From: Parasitella parasitica NRRL 2501
Lineage: Eukaryota > Fungi > Mucoromycota
NCBI GenBank assembly: GCA_025201805.1
Contig: MU619265.1
Location: 69,003 to 133,002 of the forward strand
Direction: 5' to 3'
DNA: 64,000 bases
Each line of letters begins with the position of its first letter. Position 1 is the first letter of the stretch. Under the pieces are notes generated by a model. It worked only from the letters and a program-made list of their open reading frames with translations. It did no database searches and was not told the DNA's origin. Positions 13,544-27,769 of this stretch are shown piece after piece. The translations under genes were made by a program, and so were the position numbers.

Positions 13544-15280
13544 TCTACGGTGCTGTATTTGTCATATTCGACAATATAAATTTTGCAAATATAAAATGAG
13601 CATGAGCTTTGATTAAATTACTTGCACAATAAACAACTTTGATATCAAGTCTCTTTTAATCAGCTTTATCATTGCGAATGTATACATCTAATAAGCAAAT
13701 CGATGGATGCGTTTTTGACTTGAATCTCTCCCTTTTTTTTTCTGAAATGATGTGGTTACCTCAAGCATGTAGAATGCACATATTTATTTCCTTCATACTG
13801 ACAACACTGCACATTTTTGATTGATGTATAATAAAAAAATTGCAAAAAGCTCAAGTGTAACTAATGACCTTCTCCGTTATTGTTTAATTTAATCTTCTTT
13901 ACGATAATGTGATTTCGAATGGCAAAAATGACCATCTTATCTCCTAACATTTCATGTGCTATATTACTAAATAATGACTAGATTGGGTTTCTGATTTGCA
14001 ACGCCATGCACTTTTCTTGTGCTGCATTCTGTTCAGCTTTGATAAAGTACGACATCTCTTAAAATGGACGCATCAATATTACTCATGAGAGCTTTTTGTC
14101 ATCAGTTTCCAAGATTTACTCAAGGAAATGTGTGAATCATTAAGGATTTACCTTTTTTTTTTTAATGCACTCCTGTAGTAAATCACATGAAAATCATTCA
14201 TTTTTATAAAAAAATGATGTATAACAGCTACATAAATTTCAAGTATGTGTTGAAGTAATGACGACATGTAGTACATGAAAACCAGGATAGCTGTACCATC
14301 ATGTCTAAATCAGAGATTCATATTTTGACCAAAAAGGCTTTCGTGTACTATGTATAACGAATCGAATGCTCTCATTTAAAATAATCGCAGCTCGGATGTT
14401 TGACATACGTTGTTCCAACTGTAATAAAGAAGATCGTGTATAGATCGTTTATGAAGATTTTTTTTTTAGGGTCAGCATATTGCAGAGATCTTCTCACTTA
14501 TAGCCATCTCTATAATCATTAGCGGTAAAAAGTATATGTATGTCAAGTAATGCCATCATAATGGGCTTCATAGACATCATGGTATTAAACGTATGCAGTT
14601 AATAATGACGACGACGCATTGTATATGTCTCAAACATGACTGAATCAGTCTGTAGTGTCCAAATGCCAAAAGAATCCACATACATGATAGAAATCTAAAA
14701 TGAAAATTACATTAAGGATTGGCATGTTAGAATTCCTGGTTTTAATTGAAACTCTGCATGTTGGGGGTGTTTCTTGTTTACGAACCAAGAAAAAGAAGAA
14801 TCAGGACAAATATAGTATAAAAAATGATTATCAAATGATCTTTTTTTTCTGTATTAAACCATGGCAAATGCTCAATAGAAAAAAATAAAGTTGTTCATAA
14901 GCATTGGTAAGGGATTTTCCATTGTTTCGCAAATGATACTCCAGTACATGCGAATTGTTTTAATGAGCTGATGTTACATTTTAAGGTTTCGATTGTGTAT
15001 CAATCTGATCAACTTTCGTTTTATTTTGCATATTTTTATTCGTCTTGAAACCGCAATTTCAACAACCTAATTCAAGTATGTAGTTTCTAATTACTCGATA
15101 TATTGTTCGAAATCCATAGAACCTTTTCCTTTTTAAGTTATTAAGGAGGGGCATCTTGTTTTCTGAATCCATTTCAGTCTTTTTAGAAATCACTATTAAG
15201 ATATATTATCTTTCCACATATTTCTTGTGCTAAAAAATTAGCATGTTTCACTGCTAAAATTTTTCTATCCGAATCTCCAC

Positions 15281-15290
15281 NNNNNNNNNN
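15281..15290. other. Assembly gap (10 N)
   Basis: N run. Confidence 1.
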
Positions 15291-15586
15291 AAAAAAAAAA
15301 AAAGCTTAAATGGGAATAATCGTCAATGTAAAAAATTTATTGTGAATCATTTAAGCGGTAAATAGAAGCAAAAATATTCGTAAGCATAAAATAAGCTGAA
15401 AAAAAAAGAAAAAAAAAAAGGGAAGATTATCATGAATGATGAGTTTAATCGAAGGGTACAATAATGTTGGAGAATCATAGAAGAATGGATAGCTATAGAA
15501 TAATTTAGAAGGAAAACAAAAAGGCATAGGTTTTTCAGTTTCAACGATGGAGTCTATTTTTGGGAACAGCACACTAACTGGACCTT

Positions 15587-16435
15587 TTAGATACGGACCT
15601 GACCTCGAAGCGCATTCAACTGTCGGTCATCTTCTGAAGAAGGTAATTTTTCCCAAGCAATATCTTGAATGGGCAGTAAATAGGATGGTGTGGATGATAG
15701 CGATTGAGGGCTGCCTTGCTGTTGTTGATGATAAACATTGCTATGATTCAATGGTGACAATAATGTCTCATTAAAATCATCTTCCGATGATTGAGGTGAT
15801 GTTGATGATGTGAGGGAGGGTGGTGGTGGTGATGAATTAGTGGTCAATGAAGAAGAAACAGATAAATTGTCTGTTGAGGGAGAATCGATCGAGTCATGTC
15901 GATGATAGTGATGCATTGATGCAATGTGTCCACCACCAATATCCAAGGGGTTCAATTCCGGATACAAGCCCTTTGGGATTTCGGTAGAGTTAAATCTTTG
16001 ATCTTGGGATGGCCGTAATAGACTCCCAGAGAGAATATCTGATTTTGTATAGTAAGAGATAAGATGAATTTTTTGATTTGATGTGGTGCAGATTGAGAAA
16101 CTTTGTTTGATGAGGCCATTTTGTTTGTAAGAAAAGGCGATTTGCTTGACGCCAGGCACTGCCGCTGGAGGTCTACGAGGTCTGCGTTTTGTGTCCAATT
16201 CTTTATAGGTCAAAAAGCTCCCTAAAACTCTGCTTGGAGACCATGTGCGGCCATCTGTCCACCGCCTCATGCCAGCTTCATTTTCATCCCAAGCAAATAC
16301 CGATCCAGAATGGATGTTTAAACGTTCTTTAGATGTGAGCCGCCTTTGTACCCTATTCAAGGTGCCTCTTCTACATGCTTCAAAAATTAAAAGAGCATCT
16401 TGAGGCGATTTGATATATCCGATGTAAGTTTCCAT
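15587..16435 (-). CDS. Gti1/Pac2 (WOPR) family transcription regulator
   Basis: METYIGYI...DALLIFEACR, SGSVFAW, GMRRWTDGRTWSPSRV, GLIKQSFS, HLISYY; Pac2-type C-terminal EDDRQLNAL. Confidence 0.92.
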   Translation of the reverse strand: METYIGYIKSPQDALLIFEACRRGTLNRVQRRLTSKERLNIHSGSVFAWDENEAGMRRWTDGRTWSPSRVLGSFLTYKELDTKRRPRRPPAAVPGVKQIAFSYKQNGLIKQSFSICTTSNQKIHLISYYTKSDILSGSLLRPSQDQRFNSTEIPKGLYPELNPLDIGGGHIASMHHYHRHDSIDSPSTDNLSVSSSLTTNSSPPPPSLTSSTSPQSSEDDFNETLLSPLNHSNVYHQQQQGSPQSLSSTPSYLLPIQDIAWEKLPSSEDDRQLNALRGQVRI

Positions 16436-16702
16436 CTTGTGCTGATTTTTTTTTTTTATATGTATTTGAGAAAAGAGAGAAAAAAGGGTGAAGATTAAAA
16501 TTAGAGTCGATCTTGTTATATACCCTTTTTTTTTATATTCCAGTTTTTATAGAAAGTTATGTCATAAATTTCTTAATCTAAAATTATGCAAAAATAGGAA
16601 AAGCACTGCATTTGTACAAAATTGGCAACATCTCGATTTTGTCGTGCTCTTTGTACAATGCCTATATTTTCTCACAGAAAAACAATTATTAAGGAATTAG
16701 AT

Positions 16703-17847
16703 TTATTCGTTATGCTTCCTTTCTTTTACTACTTTATCAACATAGGGAATTGTGTTTAAAAAATACTTGATTTTTGCGCGTTCACCCGCACGAACGACTG
16801 ATTCATGGCCACATGCAACAAAGAAATAATGTAGGCTTGTGCACATCTATACAAGTATGAGAAATTTGTTAGTGAGCTGTGAGTGTACGTGTATAAAGTG
16901 GTGTATATATTACCAATACGTGCCACCTATTCAGCACAAAGACAGGGTTAGTAAGAAGGGTTTCTATTGCATGCAACACGTAATTACCATGCATGAAATT
17001 GTGGATTAGGGACATGATCAAACACAAAGCAGAAGTTTGAGTCGAATAGCCATACGCCAAGAGCGAGCAGTAGAAACTTGCATCCTTGATGAAACAGCCG
17101 AATAACTTGCTCGTTGTCCACATTTTTGTACAGTTTATACACAAAATAGAGGTCTGTCCACATTACCAAGCCAAATGAAGATTGAAACATGAAAAATTGA
17201 GTTGTGCCTTTGTTTACACTAGTAACATAGGTAGCAAATGCACAGTATATGGAAATACTCGTCGTATACCCAATCCCCTGATACCCATGTTCATCTAGCA
17301 AGACCCACAAAAGCTGACAAGCACACCAAACCATTGGGACCTAAGGGAATTGAGTAACTTGTGTATCTAGGCTTTTTAGAGAGACTTACTTCATCCCACA
17401 TTTGATGTTCAAACTGTAGAGTAGCATGAAATAACACACTATATCACACACAAAATGAGCCCCTGAATTATTAATCACAAGATTGCTTCCATCACCTTCC
17501 AATGCCTACAACTACGATCAACAGATAACTAGCCGACAGCCTCCAGCCAAGTGATTTGTGATGAAGTGCAACACCAAGAAATCCCAATGCAACCATAGCT
17601 AAGCTCTGAGATGTGTGTAAGTGTTGTTGAAGTCAATTGAATATTTCTTGGTCATGTTACGCTATATGTAATATACACTTACCGAAACCGTATTCCAAAA
17701 TTCAGCAATGTAATGAGTGTGAGTGTAATTCTCTTCGCACCTACACAGGTTGGTTAGTTTCATTACTTGCTCTTGGATTCTAAATGCATAATGTTACCAA
17801 TCTACTGAACTAGTGACAGGACCCCAATATCCTGCAGCTTGTGTCAT
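16703..17847 (-). CDS. Alkaline ceramidase (Ypc1/Ydc1/ACER3 family), multi-exon
   Basis: MTQAAGYWGPVTSSVDW|CEENY...IAEFWNT; FHATLQFEHQMWDE; FHAW|WHVL|MCTSLHYF...KHNE*. Confidence 0.88.
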
Positions 17848-18035
17848 TTTTTTATTTTTGTATATATTTATTTATTCAATTAAGCTTCCAATAGTGTATA
17901 TATGTGTTTACAAAAAGAAAACAAAACAAAGGGTGGGGGGAGTGGGAGCTATGTGATATTGTCAAAAACGGCAAGGAAGGCAGAAATTGAAAGAGTCACA
18001 AGGAACTATAATCCACCTGAACAGCAGCTAGGAAA

Positions 18036-18833
18036 CTACATGCCTACCTGATCCATCCAATCTACAGCTTGTTCGAATCTGTCTGCAGTATCATTGGGTA
18101 CAATGTGGTCAATCCAGTTCTCCAAAAAAGCAGGTGCATCTGAATTGGATAGCATCAACAATGGAAAATGGGGTTCAAATTCACTAGCAGGGTATTTCCG
18201 CAACAACTCCAAGGCAGTATGATTATCCTGATCATCAACCATCATCAAGCCAGAGACGGGCTTATTGGATACATATTTCTGCGAAATACGCCATGCAACT
18301 TGACCGAAGCTAACCATCAAAGGCGGAAAAAAAGAAAGTTCTGCAGTAGCTTGACTCAATTCTAAATTGTGTTGGATGATACATATATTGATATGAAAGA
18401 GGAAGTTGGGGGGGGGGGGAAGGAGGGAGGAAGAGTTGATAATAGCATTGAGTGCTAATTCACTGCATGTATTTACCTTTATAACATGTCTGCAAAGGTT
18501 CCTGTCCCTCAGGTAACTCGATGTATGCTTGCACGCTGGAATAGCCTAATTCGCTGAATCTTTTCTGCCATAAACAAGGTCTTAAAATGGCACATGTGTG
18601 TAAAAAAAATCAGTTTCAGCAAAATAATAAAATGATCTAAATCGTGGTTACACTTTGTCAGTTCTATTTGTCCTCAACAAGAGAATTGGTGTTGGTCTGT
18701 GTATTTCGCAGGTTTCAGATGCATTGCAATTTGTAATCGTGATCTTGTCTCGTGAGATTAATCTATTGAATATTAGTCGCGTATGTTGTTTGCCTAGTAA
18801 TTTAGTCGATGTAGTAGTAGCGATAGGAAGCAT
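18036..18833 (-). CDS. Hypothetical protein (possibly mitochondrial, degenerate alpha/beta-fold), about 3 exons
   Basis: ORFs 18648..18833 and 18036..18359 are linked by a middle exon (QKRFSELGYSSVQAY...) with GT-AG boundaries. No family recognised with certainty. Confidence 0.55.
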
Positions 18834-20418
18834 ATTTTATAGGGAACTAGTGATGTTATGATGGTGAATATAGAACAAAAAGAACAAAAACAAAACAAAC
18901 CAAAATTAGCAACACCAACCAAAATTATGGCTTCAAGCGGGGGGGGGGGAGGTGGTTGAGGGTTAAGTTGGGTTAATAAAAAACCTTAATGATGGTCAGC
19001 ATTCCCGCCTAACACACATGATAATAGAGGCGCAAGTCTATAATATGATCTAGATTAAAGGCCTTATAAATATGCACATAGTCCATCGTTTCATTACATG
19101 GCCATTTTAGGTTGAACTACAAATAAGAGCCCAAATAAAATATTCAATACGAATGTTCCAATTATGAATATCAAACAAATCTCTGCTTTTGTTTCGATAG
19201 CTATTATAATTTCGTTTTCCAACAACAGAGTCTATACTACCGACTACCCAAACCTTCATTAATGGAAGAATAAAAAGCTTAATTCATTATAGTCATCCCT
19301 TTTTCCGCGAATAAAATTGTAGATTTCAAGACTAAATGTATGCATGATTGCCTTAATGGTACATCTCCAAACAACATTTTTAAATTCAAAGGGAATTATA
19401 GCGTATAAGAGCTTATAAATACTAGATTTTTGTGTCAGATACCCTCTTACATCATACATTGCTTATTTTGCAGTGAACTAGCTACAAAGAGTCCTTGTTA
19501 AACTTCGGTTTTTACACACCAAAGACTTGCTTTCTCTCATGGAGAACAATACCAGCACTGATGTTGTAGACATCGAAACACGCCATTTCAGAATGATTTT
19601 TTTTTACAACTTTGATGGCTCAAGTATTAGCCTTTTTGACCGATCTGAGGACTTGGAACCATACCAAATGGTTTCTCAGGACCCATACTTGGGACTTGAT
19701 GCATCTTTGCTACAGAAATGGGCAGTGAAAAAATCATTAATTTTCGACAATTTTTTATGAGCATCTACAAGTTTGACCTAAAAAAAAAAGAGGCTAAGGT
19801 TTGCAAGTAATGCTTGAAAACTTTTAGTTCAAAAGTGTATTCCTCTTTAATCGCAAATTGCTCAATATTTTCTTTTACAACTTTATTTTCAATACACACC
19901 ATTAGATGCGCAATTAAATGATCTACGAGTGGACTTGGCCTGAAAGGATGTGTTAAATTGGTATCATTTAGAGAAATTGGCGAGAAAGCCCAAAAAAAGT
20001 TCGGAAAGTGCCACAGTTGCTCAATTTTAGAAGAAAAACACAGCGGGCATTCATTCATTTTGCCTCCTCCTCCTCCTCCTCCTCCTCCTCATAATCAAGC
20101 TCAAAGCAAGCATTCGTGTATTGATATACGCATGCCTAGTAGAAGTCAAGGTTTAAGGCTGAAAATAGTCGAAAAGCTCATACCCAATCCGGTATACACA
20201 GCACAGCGTTTTAAACTCTCCAACAGCAAAAATATACTTTGTGTAATATGATACAAGTAGTAAATTCACCTAATTCAAACATTTAAATTACTGATATTTC
20301 GTAAACGTGATCCTATATTAAGCAACAAAATATATATTGTGTTACTCGAAATAAGCATCTAATAATTAACGCCCTTCTTTTTCCTTAATATATATACATA
20401 AACTTACAATTTCTCAAT

Positions 20419-22067
20419 ATGAATTTATCACATACAACTCGCACCCATGGAAATGTATTTCACCAACGAAGACCGTCGTTGACAACAGCATGTCCACCAC
20501 CCGACAGGAGAAAGGATTCTGATCTGAATAAAAGAAGGGGCAGCAGCCAATATACGCTCATAACAAATCGGAAATCCTGGGTCAACAGAATATTCAACAT
20601 GCCTGCTATACAGTTGGTTGGATGGGCTTATCTAATTGCATGCTTTTGTCTGTCTACAATTCACCTAGTGGGCTCGTTCTCATTATTGGATCCAAATGCC
20701 GGTATGTCAAGAAAAATGCATTTGCTTCTGTACAGCTAACAATGAGATTTATGCCAGTGAGAGAACCGAGAATAGATTGGGATAGAATACTACTGGAAAA
20801 ACAGCAAGCGACGCCATGGTCTCAATTAGATGGTATATTGCCAGAAACTCGTCTATCGAAAATGTTTAGCAAATCTATTGTCAACAACGGGTTTATTCGT
20901 CCTTATTGGTTTACAGCATCTACTCGACCTTCTAGAGAGGCGTTGACTCTTACAACAGTGGTTGAATCACGGGATTTAGAACATTTGATTCAATTAGCCG
21001 AAATGTATGAAGGTATGAAGTATGCTATTGTTGTTGAAAGACAAGTCGTATAACATTTGTGTGTACATATATCGTATACAGGCCCTATTTCGGCAACATT
21101 GTTAGTGCCATCAACCAAGAACATCAACCATGAGCTATCCATTACACAATTGACAGCGATTCGCAATGAGTACGAGACAAACATTGCACTGAGACGACAT
21201 GTAGATATCCATCTTGTGCTTCAACCCGGTGGGCTCACAGAGGACGGGCAGGTGATTGCTACAGGAGGATACCAAGAAGCTCGCAACTTGGCACGTCTGT
21301 TCAGCCGCACAAACTACGCCGCACTTGTGCCAGTGGCAACCCTGTGGATGACCGATATCGCTCAATCGTTCAAAAGCGCGCTTCATTTGCTACAAGCAGG
21401 CGACTTGCTTATTATCCCTACGTTTGGATTCCCCAATTACAAAGGCGTAGATACGAAATCATGGCCGCTTGATAAGCAATCCATGATTGAGTGGGTAGAC
21501 GGTGGTGATATGGGCTTATTGGATTACAATTACGAGTTGAACAACGGGCCTACTTCTTATTCAACATGGAAAGAAGCCAAGAAACCTTATCTTGTGCCAA
21601 ACTATGACTACAAATACGGCCCCATCTACATTTCAGCCAAATCCAATCATCCTTGGTAAGCCGAGTCGACTCATAATCCGCTCGATACCGTACTAATGAA
21701 ACAATCTATTTTACGCATACAATGTAGGTGCGAAGAAAGGTTCGAAGACGATTTGTCGTCATGCATCTACAATGCTTATTTAGCAGGAGCTAATCTATGG
21801 GTCAGCCATAGTGATTTTGCGATCAGAACTGGTCAAGAGCCGGCCAACACACTGTATACGCCACAGCAGCGGAAGATCCAAAACAAAATTGCTCGCAGAT
21901 ACCGCATCGAGCAGTGCGTATTTTATGCTCGGCAATTCGATCAGCGTGGTACATTTAATTCTGAAAGAGCAGAACACGTCAAACAAGAGTGTTCAAAGGC
22001 CCTGTTGAGCCTGCAGAAAGAAAAGATGATATCAGATATTATTGCAAAAGAGGATGGCCGGTACTAG
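20419..22067 (+). CDS. Glycosyltransferase family 49 (LARGE/B4GAT1-like), type II membrane protein, multi-exon
   Basis: N-terminal TM helix; LAEMYE|GPISATL, ARNLARLFSRT, LLIIPTF, HPW|CEERF, YLAGANLWV. Confidence 0.75.
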
Positions 22068-22391
22068 TCTGTTGCATAGAAAATTGTAAATAAGTAACAA
22101 TAATAATAAAAGACTCTGATTCATGTACTGATTGGAACCCTTACTTCCATGTCAATCGGAATTGCATCTTTCACTCCAGACTCCATCCAATCATACAGTG
22201 TCATCTTTCCGTTTCTTCATATTACACATTCTGACTTTTATGTTTTTCCTTTTTCAATACAGGCCTTTTGGCAATGAGGAGAAGGAAAATTTTCGTTATA
22301 TTTTAGCCTCGCTTGTTGCATATGTTCTTTTTCTTCTTTTCTTTCTTTAGTAACTTTTTTTTTTGTTTTTGTTTGCACAAGAGAAACAAAA

Positions 22392-22937
22392 ATGGCATCA
22401 ACAGCGAGCTCAGCAGTATCCAAGAGTGCTCTTCGTAAATTCATAGATTCGCCAGCTGGTCCCAAGACCATTCATTTTTGGGCTCCTGCCATGAAATGGG
22501 TAAGTAGATGGATATAGCGATGGATTTCTCGTACGCGTTACGATGGGCCATGTAGATGCTCATACCAGTCAATTAGGCTCTAGTCATTGCCGGTATCGGA
22601 GACATGCAGCGTCCTGCTGAAAAGTTGAGTTTGACTCAAAATCTTTGTAAGTAGCAAAACTGGTATAAAAGCTCGGCGTTAACACGTTGCTAGCCTTGAT
22701 GATGACCGGCCTTATCTGGTCTCGTTACTCTATGGTTATTATCCCCAAAAACTATTCTCTGTTGGCAGTCAACATTTTTGTGTTTGGTACTAGCTCTATT
22801 CAATGTTCTCGTATTTGGAAGTAAGTTTTATGATGGGTTTGGTTATGGCATCTTATTGAACAGCGCCAATCGTTAGATATCGTCAAACTGAGGAATATAA
22901 GCAACAACAAAAGCAATTGGAACAAAAGCAAGCATAA
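22392..22937 (+). CDS. MPC2: Mitochondrial pyruvate carrier (MPC2-type), 4 exons; not in the ORF track
   Basis: FIDSPAGPKTIHFWAPAMKW|ALVIAGIGDMQRPAEKLSLTQN|...TGLIWSRYSMVIIPKNYSLLAVN. Confidence 0.92.
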
Positions 22938-23447
22938 AAGCCATATAAAGTATTTAAATGTATAGTAATAAATTTTTCTTTTTTTTTTTTCTTGGTACAT
23001 AAAGTAACAGCACTACCCGACTTTCCCCCACTCATTACCGCCCTGTAGCACTAGACTTGCAACCGTAAAAAGATTCCTACAAAGTGAGTCAAGTGGTGAA
23101 TACCGAATACGAATTGCATTAGCGTTTATCTTTGAAATGATGCTTGACTTTTGATACTGTCCAAACAAGCGAACGTTCCATCGTTCAGAAGACCATTATT
23201 ACATCTTGCCGGATTTTCTATTTTACCTCATCAGGTTCAATGTTTATGAGGGTATTTCCGTACTACCTACACAACTTTTAAGACATACTTGATTTGGGCT
23301 ACCACCACAGTAGTTTAGGTTTTTCAAGATGTTCGTTATATATTGTAGAGTATATTGTACAGAGGATTTCTTTGTTTATTTATGTTTATAGATGATTGAT
23401 GACAAACTATATCTTTTTTTTGTGGTTTTATTTACATTTTACGATTA

Positions 23448-26400
23448 CTACCATGGAACTTGGTCATCATCATCGTCGCTATCGTCTTTTGAAGGGTGTC
23501 GATGTATATTCTCATATACAGACTCGTAAGGATATTCTACTTCATTGTCTCCGTCTGGAGAGTAACCCTCTTGTTGCTTTTGATTCAGTTGAGAAGAACG
23601 AGGTCTCTCAGCATCATCATCACCATGGTTATCGTCATCGTTATCTCCCAGTCGAATAACGTCAATGCCTTGCTTTACCCCACTTGAACTATCATCATCG
23701 TTATCGTTATCGTTATCGTCATCGTCATCGTCATCATCATCAAATCGTATAAGTGAGCTATCGTGTAACGCCTGTGGCTGTTGCTGTTGCTTAGGCGTAT
23801 GGCCATGCATCGAAGGTTCAGGGCTAGGGCCACTTCCCATATTGATCAAGTAAGCATCCTCAAATGAGAGGGACGAGTTTCGGTCTAAAAATGATTTGTT
23901 TGTCGCAGAGGGTGAGGGAGATCCATTCATGGCTGCATTGGCACTCGACGACAGCCATTTGAGGTTTGTAGCAGGGCTATTGCCCATTGAGTTGCTGGAA
24001 GGCGAAAACGACGTTTGCATTGCTTTGGATATATTGTCTACATACATTGTTAGTAAAAAAAAAAAAAAAAAAAAAAGGTTCATTCCTCGGTATATACGCC
24101 TACCCTCTAACTCTGCTAATGCGTCCTCCATATTTTCCTCGGCGCTGTCATTTGCAATACGAGTAGTTGTATTCTTGACACGATCAATGCGGCTGGAGAC
24201 GGGCTCGGGCATGCCTTTCAACATGATCATGGTATCCGTATTGGGTATAATTCCTGCATGGAGTAGACGCTGCAAATCTTTCGTCTCTTGGTATTTTTGA
24301 AAGATGAATTGGTGCCGCGTCCATAAGGCAGGCTCATCGTTCGTGTAGGTTGTAATTTCAGCATTCGAGAGCCAAAGCTTCTTTTTGCGCGTATCAACAG
24401 CAAACGCATTTTTCTGGCTATTGCTGCTTTGCTTGTTCTTCTTTTTCTTCTGGTTGTTTGCATGCGGTTCAGGGCTGGTTTCTTCTGGAGGTGAACAGGA
24501 CGATGCAGAGTCTACGCTCAAACGCACCTCGTCCCACTCAACATTCCTGGCTACTCGCCACTCTGCCACATCTTCTTCTTTGAGCGATAAATCCAACTTT
24601 TCTAGCATTCGTCCGTTTTCTCGCTTCTTAACAACCGTCTTAGCCACCCAACAACGATGCAGCGTCAAAACGCCGTCTGGATGGAAGGAATACATGTCCT
24701 GGTATCCAATCTCATCATTGATCATCTTGGTAGAGTCATCGTATTCCTCATCAAATCCAAACATCAGTGTGTCGCTGCCTGAATTCTTGTCCCATTTCTT
24801 GGATTGCTGGCTGCTGCTAGTTGGCATATAAGGAATATGACTCATGCTGGAACCGAACGAGCTCAACATGCTCGTAGCTTGCTGTTTGATGGAGCCCAGC
24901 GGATTTGCATTTGGCGAATCAGAGTTTGAGGACAAAGAGGTGTGAGACGAAAGGCTGCTTTTATACACGCTGTTGTTCACAAGGTAAGGAGATTTGGAGG
25001 CTGTAACAAACATGGCGATGATCTTTGCCTTGGGTTCCTTAGCTGTATTGCGACTGACAAAGGCAGACGGAGGAGGCATCATGGAAGAAACATACTGAGG
25101 AGGTGTAGGGCCATAATAGCCGTGAGAATAACCGCTTCCGTTCTGCTGCTGCTGCTGCTGCTGCTGGCCAATAAATTTGCCTAGGTCGTCCTGAGAAGAA
25201 TTAAGGCTGTTGCCTGGCATTTTTCTGCGCTGTTTAATGCGAATAACTGAATTCAGCACGGTTGCTTTCGGTTTGGCCTTGCTGTTGCTGCTGGCCATCA
25301 AAGGATGATAGACAGGGTTGTTCACTTTGCCATGCACATGTCCCGATATTTCAGGTTTGCCACCGTAGGGGTTGATGGCGTAAACATGAGTGGTGCCTCT
25401 TGCAGTCGTGATGGCGCACCATGTGGAATCAACCGAGAATTGGCAGTCTACAACTTGAGCATCCGTAATCCCTCTTGATAAACTATACAGATGAGAAGCG
25501 TTACCGTGCACCGTGTTGGCCAGAATGCCAAATATATGAAATGTATGGCCTTGTTTCGAAGCAGACATAAGCAGTGTCCCCGCTTGGTTGAATGTGAGGC
25601 AGGATACAGGGTGTGAATGCGGTCTAAAATGTGCAATGGTTGACAAGGACAGGTTCCTTGTGGGTGTCTTGGGCAGCTTTAGAATATCTCTAATCATGAT
25701 CTGTGTGGGCAATATGCGTGAGTCATTGTATCGAGGGCATGAATCAGGCAACTTACCATGCCAGATGGCACCATCTTCTTTGCTGAATTCAAAGAATTGC
25801 TTGTATTCAAGTATATATTGTCATTGGGCGAGCCGTTTTGAATATTAGTTTTCCTGCTGGAGGGGCTCGATGGATCGTACATTTCTTGCTGCGGTGGCCC
25901 TTGAGGATGTGGCTGTAGTTGATTCCCAAAGTAGTTTTGCAGTGTGTTGAACCCAAACTCGCCCAGCGTCTTCATCCCACTAACGACTTCCTTTGCAATG
26001 TCCTTTGCGGCACCTTTTACATCCTTGTCGCCTTGTAACACATTATAGCTTGTTAGGGAGCTCATGACTGGATCTGAATTCAAAACCGCAGTATTGGTAG
26101 CATAAGCGATAAATCGAGAACCCAGTGTGAATATGGGGCCTTGGCTTGGGTCATGGTATATATCGGTCAACGGTGATGCAAATGGAGTGTAATCTGCAGC
26201 AGATAAAATCCGGATAAATGAGCGATGGCGGGATGAACAGCCCTAAGGGGAGGAGGGGGGAGAAAAGTGAGTAAAACATTGATGATGATGATAGTGATGT
26301 GATGTGTTGGTGAAACTTTACCAGTGCAATGACCTTGTGGTTACTTTTTATGCATGTGACTATGGCTATATCATCATTCTCTTCGTCGCCAAAATCACTG

Positions 26401-27215
26401 ATTTCTTTGATGGTAGATTGAGATTGCAAAGAGTATATGATGAGGCGGGAAGATGTCGTGGTTGATGCTGTCGAAGTGGACGAGGTCGAATTCATTCTGT
26501 TGTGCGTCTGCGCAGGCTCATTACTGCTAACATTCTGTAAATTGGCACTTGTTGCGCTAGTCGTAGTTTCCGATCTATCATATCATGAAAGGGGAATGGC
26601 AGTAGAAATCAGTTAATTAAAAGGGGTGTGAATTTTTTTTTCTGCTGTAAACACATACATAATAGCTAGTACCGGCTCTTGTTGACCTTGTAGAATGTGG
26701 ATAAATGATACCACGCCAAACGCATCTTTATCTCTGATAGAAACCAACTCATGGACATTGTCCGGATTGCTGATATCCCACAGCTGAAATCCGTCATGAT
26801 AGCCCAATAACAGACATGATATTGTCTTTTCTCGATACTCTAATTTTTCAAAGGCTGCAAACGAAATAGCATCCACATCGTCCATATCCTCAATTACATC
26901 GTCAGCCAAAGCTGCTTGTTGCTGCTGCTGCTGCTGCTGCTGCTTCTGTTGCTGTGCTTGGTATTGCTGATATTGGGGGTCAAAGGGCGATGTCATGCTT
27001 GTTGATTTTCTTTTGGGGAGATTAGATGTAACGTAAGATGATATCCTTGATATACCTGAGGATATGCTTTCAAAAGAAGTGGGATCCCTGATGTACGCAG
27101 CACATGTGTAAATAACAAAGAAAAAAATAGCTCCCCTTCAAGTCTCGCTCCTTGAGCAACCATACCTTAAAAACTTGGGCTCTGCTCGAACACCGTTATA
27201 AACATTGGATTCCAT
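23448..27215 (-). CDS. BCAS3-like / PROPPIN-related WD40 protein, multi-exon
   Basis: CLLLGYHDGFQLWDIS, LGSRFIAYA, IAHFRPHSHPVSCLTFNQAGTLLMSASKQG, HLYSLSRGITDAQV, RGTTHVYAINPYGG, WLSNAEITT, LW...QF.FQ. First exon is MESNVYNGVRAEPKFL. Confidence 0.85.
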
Positions 27216-27769
27216 TCTACTGGACAAAAGATAAGCAACTTAATCTCGCTGGTGTATCTTGAAAAAAAGTTACCGAATAAGTTATGATATATATATGTGT
27301 GTGTGTTTATTGTATATAATGCTGATGAAAGCTTGAAATGAACCAAGTAAGCTTGTTGTCGACAACTTGGTTTCTAGGGTTGTAGGAAAATGTTTTGTGT
27401 TGCTACAATATGGTTTAAAAAAGTACAAGGATATGAGGAGAATAAGATGAGTTTTGAACGAGTTGGATTATAAGAGAGTGCGTGCGTGAGAAAAAAAAAA
27501 AAAAAAAAAAAAAAAAGAAAGAAAAAAAGTGGAAAAAGGGAGAGGGCAAAGAAAGACTCATTTGCATTAATGTCCTAGATGTATGGATGGTCCACCCAAT
27601 CACATGAACTTGTCACGAACATGTTCAACTACCAATCATCCAGTGCTGATTAGCAACTACTCAATGATGATGGACAGACCATAACGTGATGATCATCTTC
27701 AAGCCATTATTGGATTTTATTTTCATTTTTATTCATTTTTTTATGGAAACAAAAAACAAAAAAAAAAAA

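Noticed and set aside
19259-20251. Short ORFs and a (CCT)n poly-Pro tract
   Set aside because: Low-complexity or intergenic; no domain evidence.
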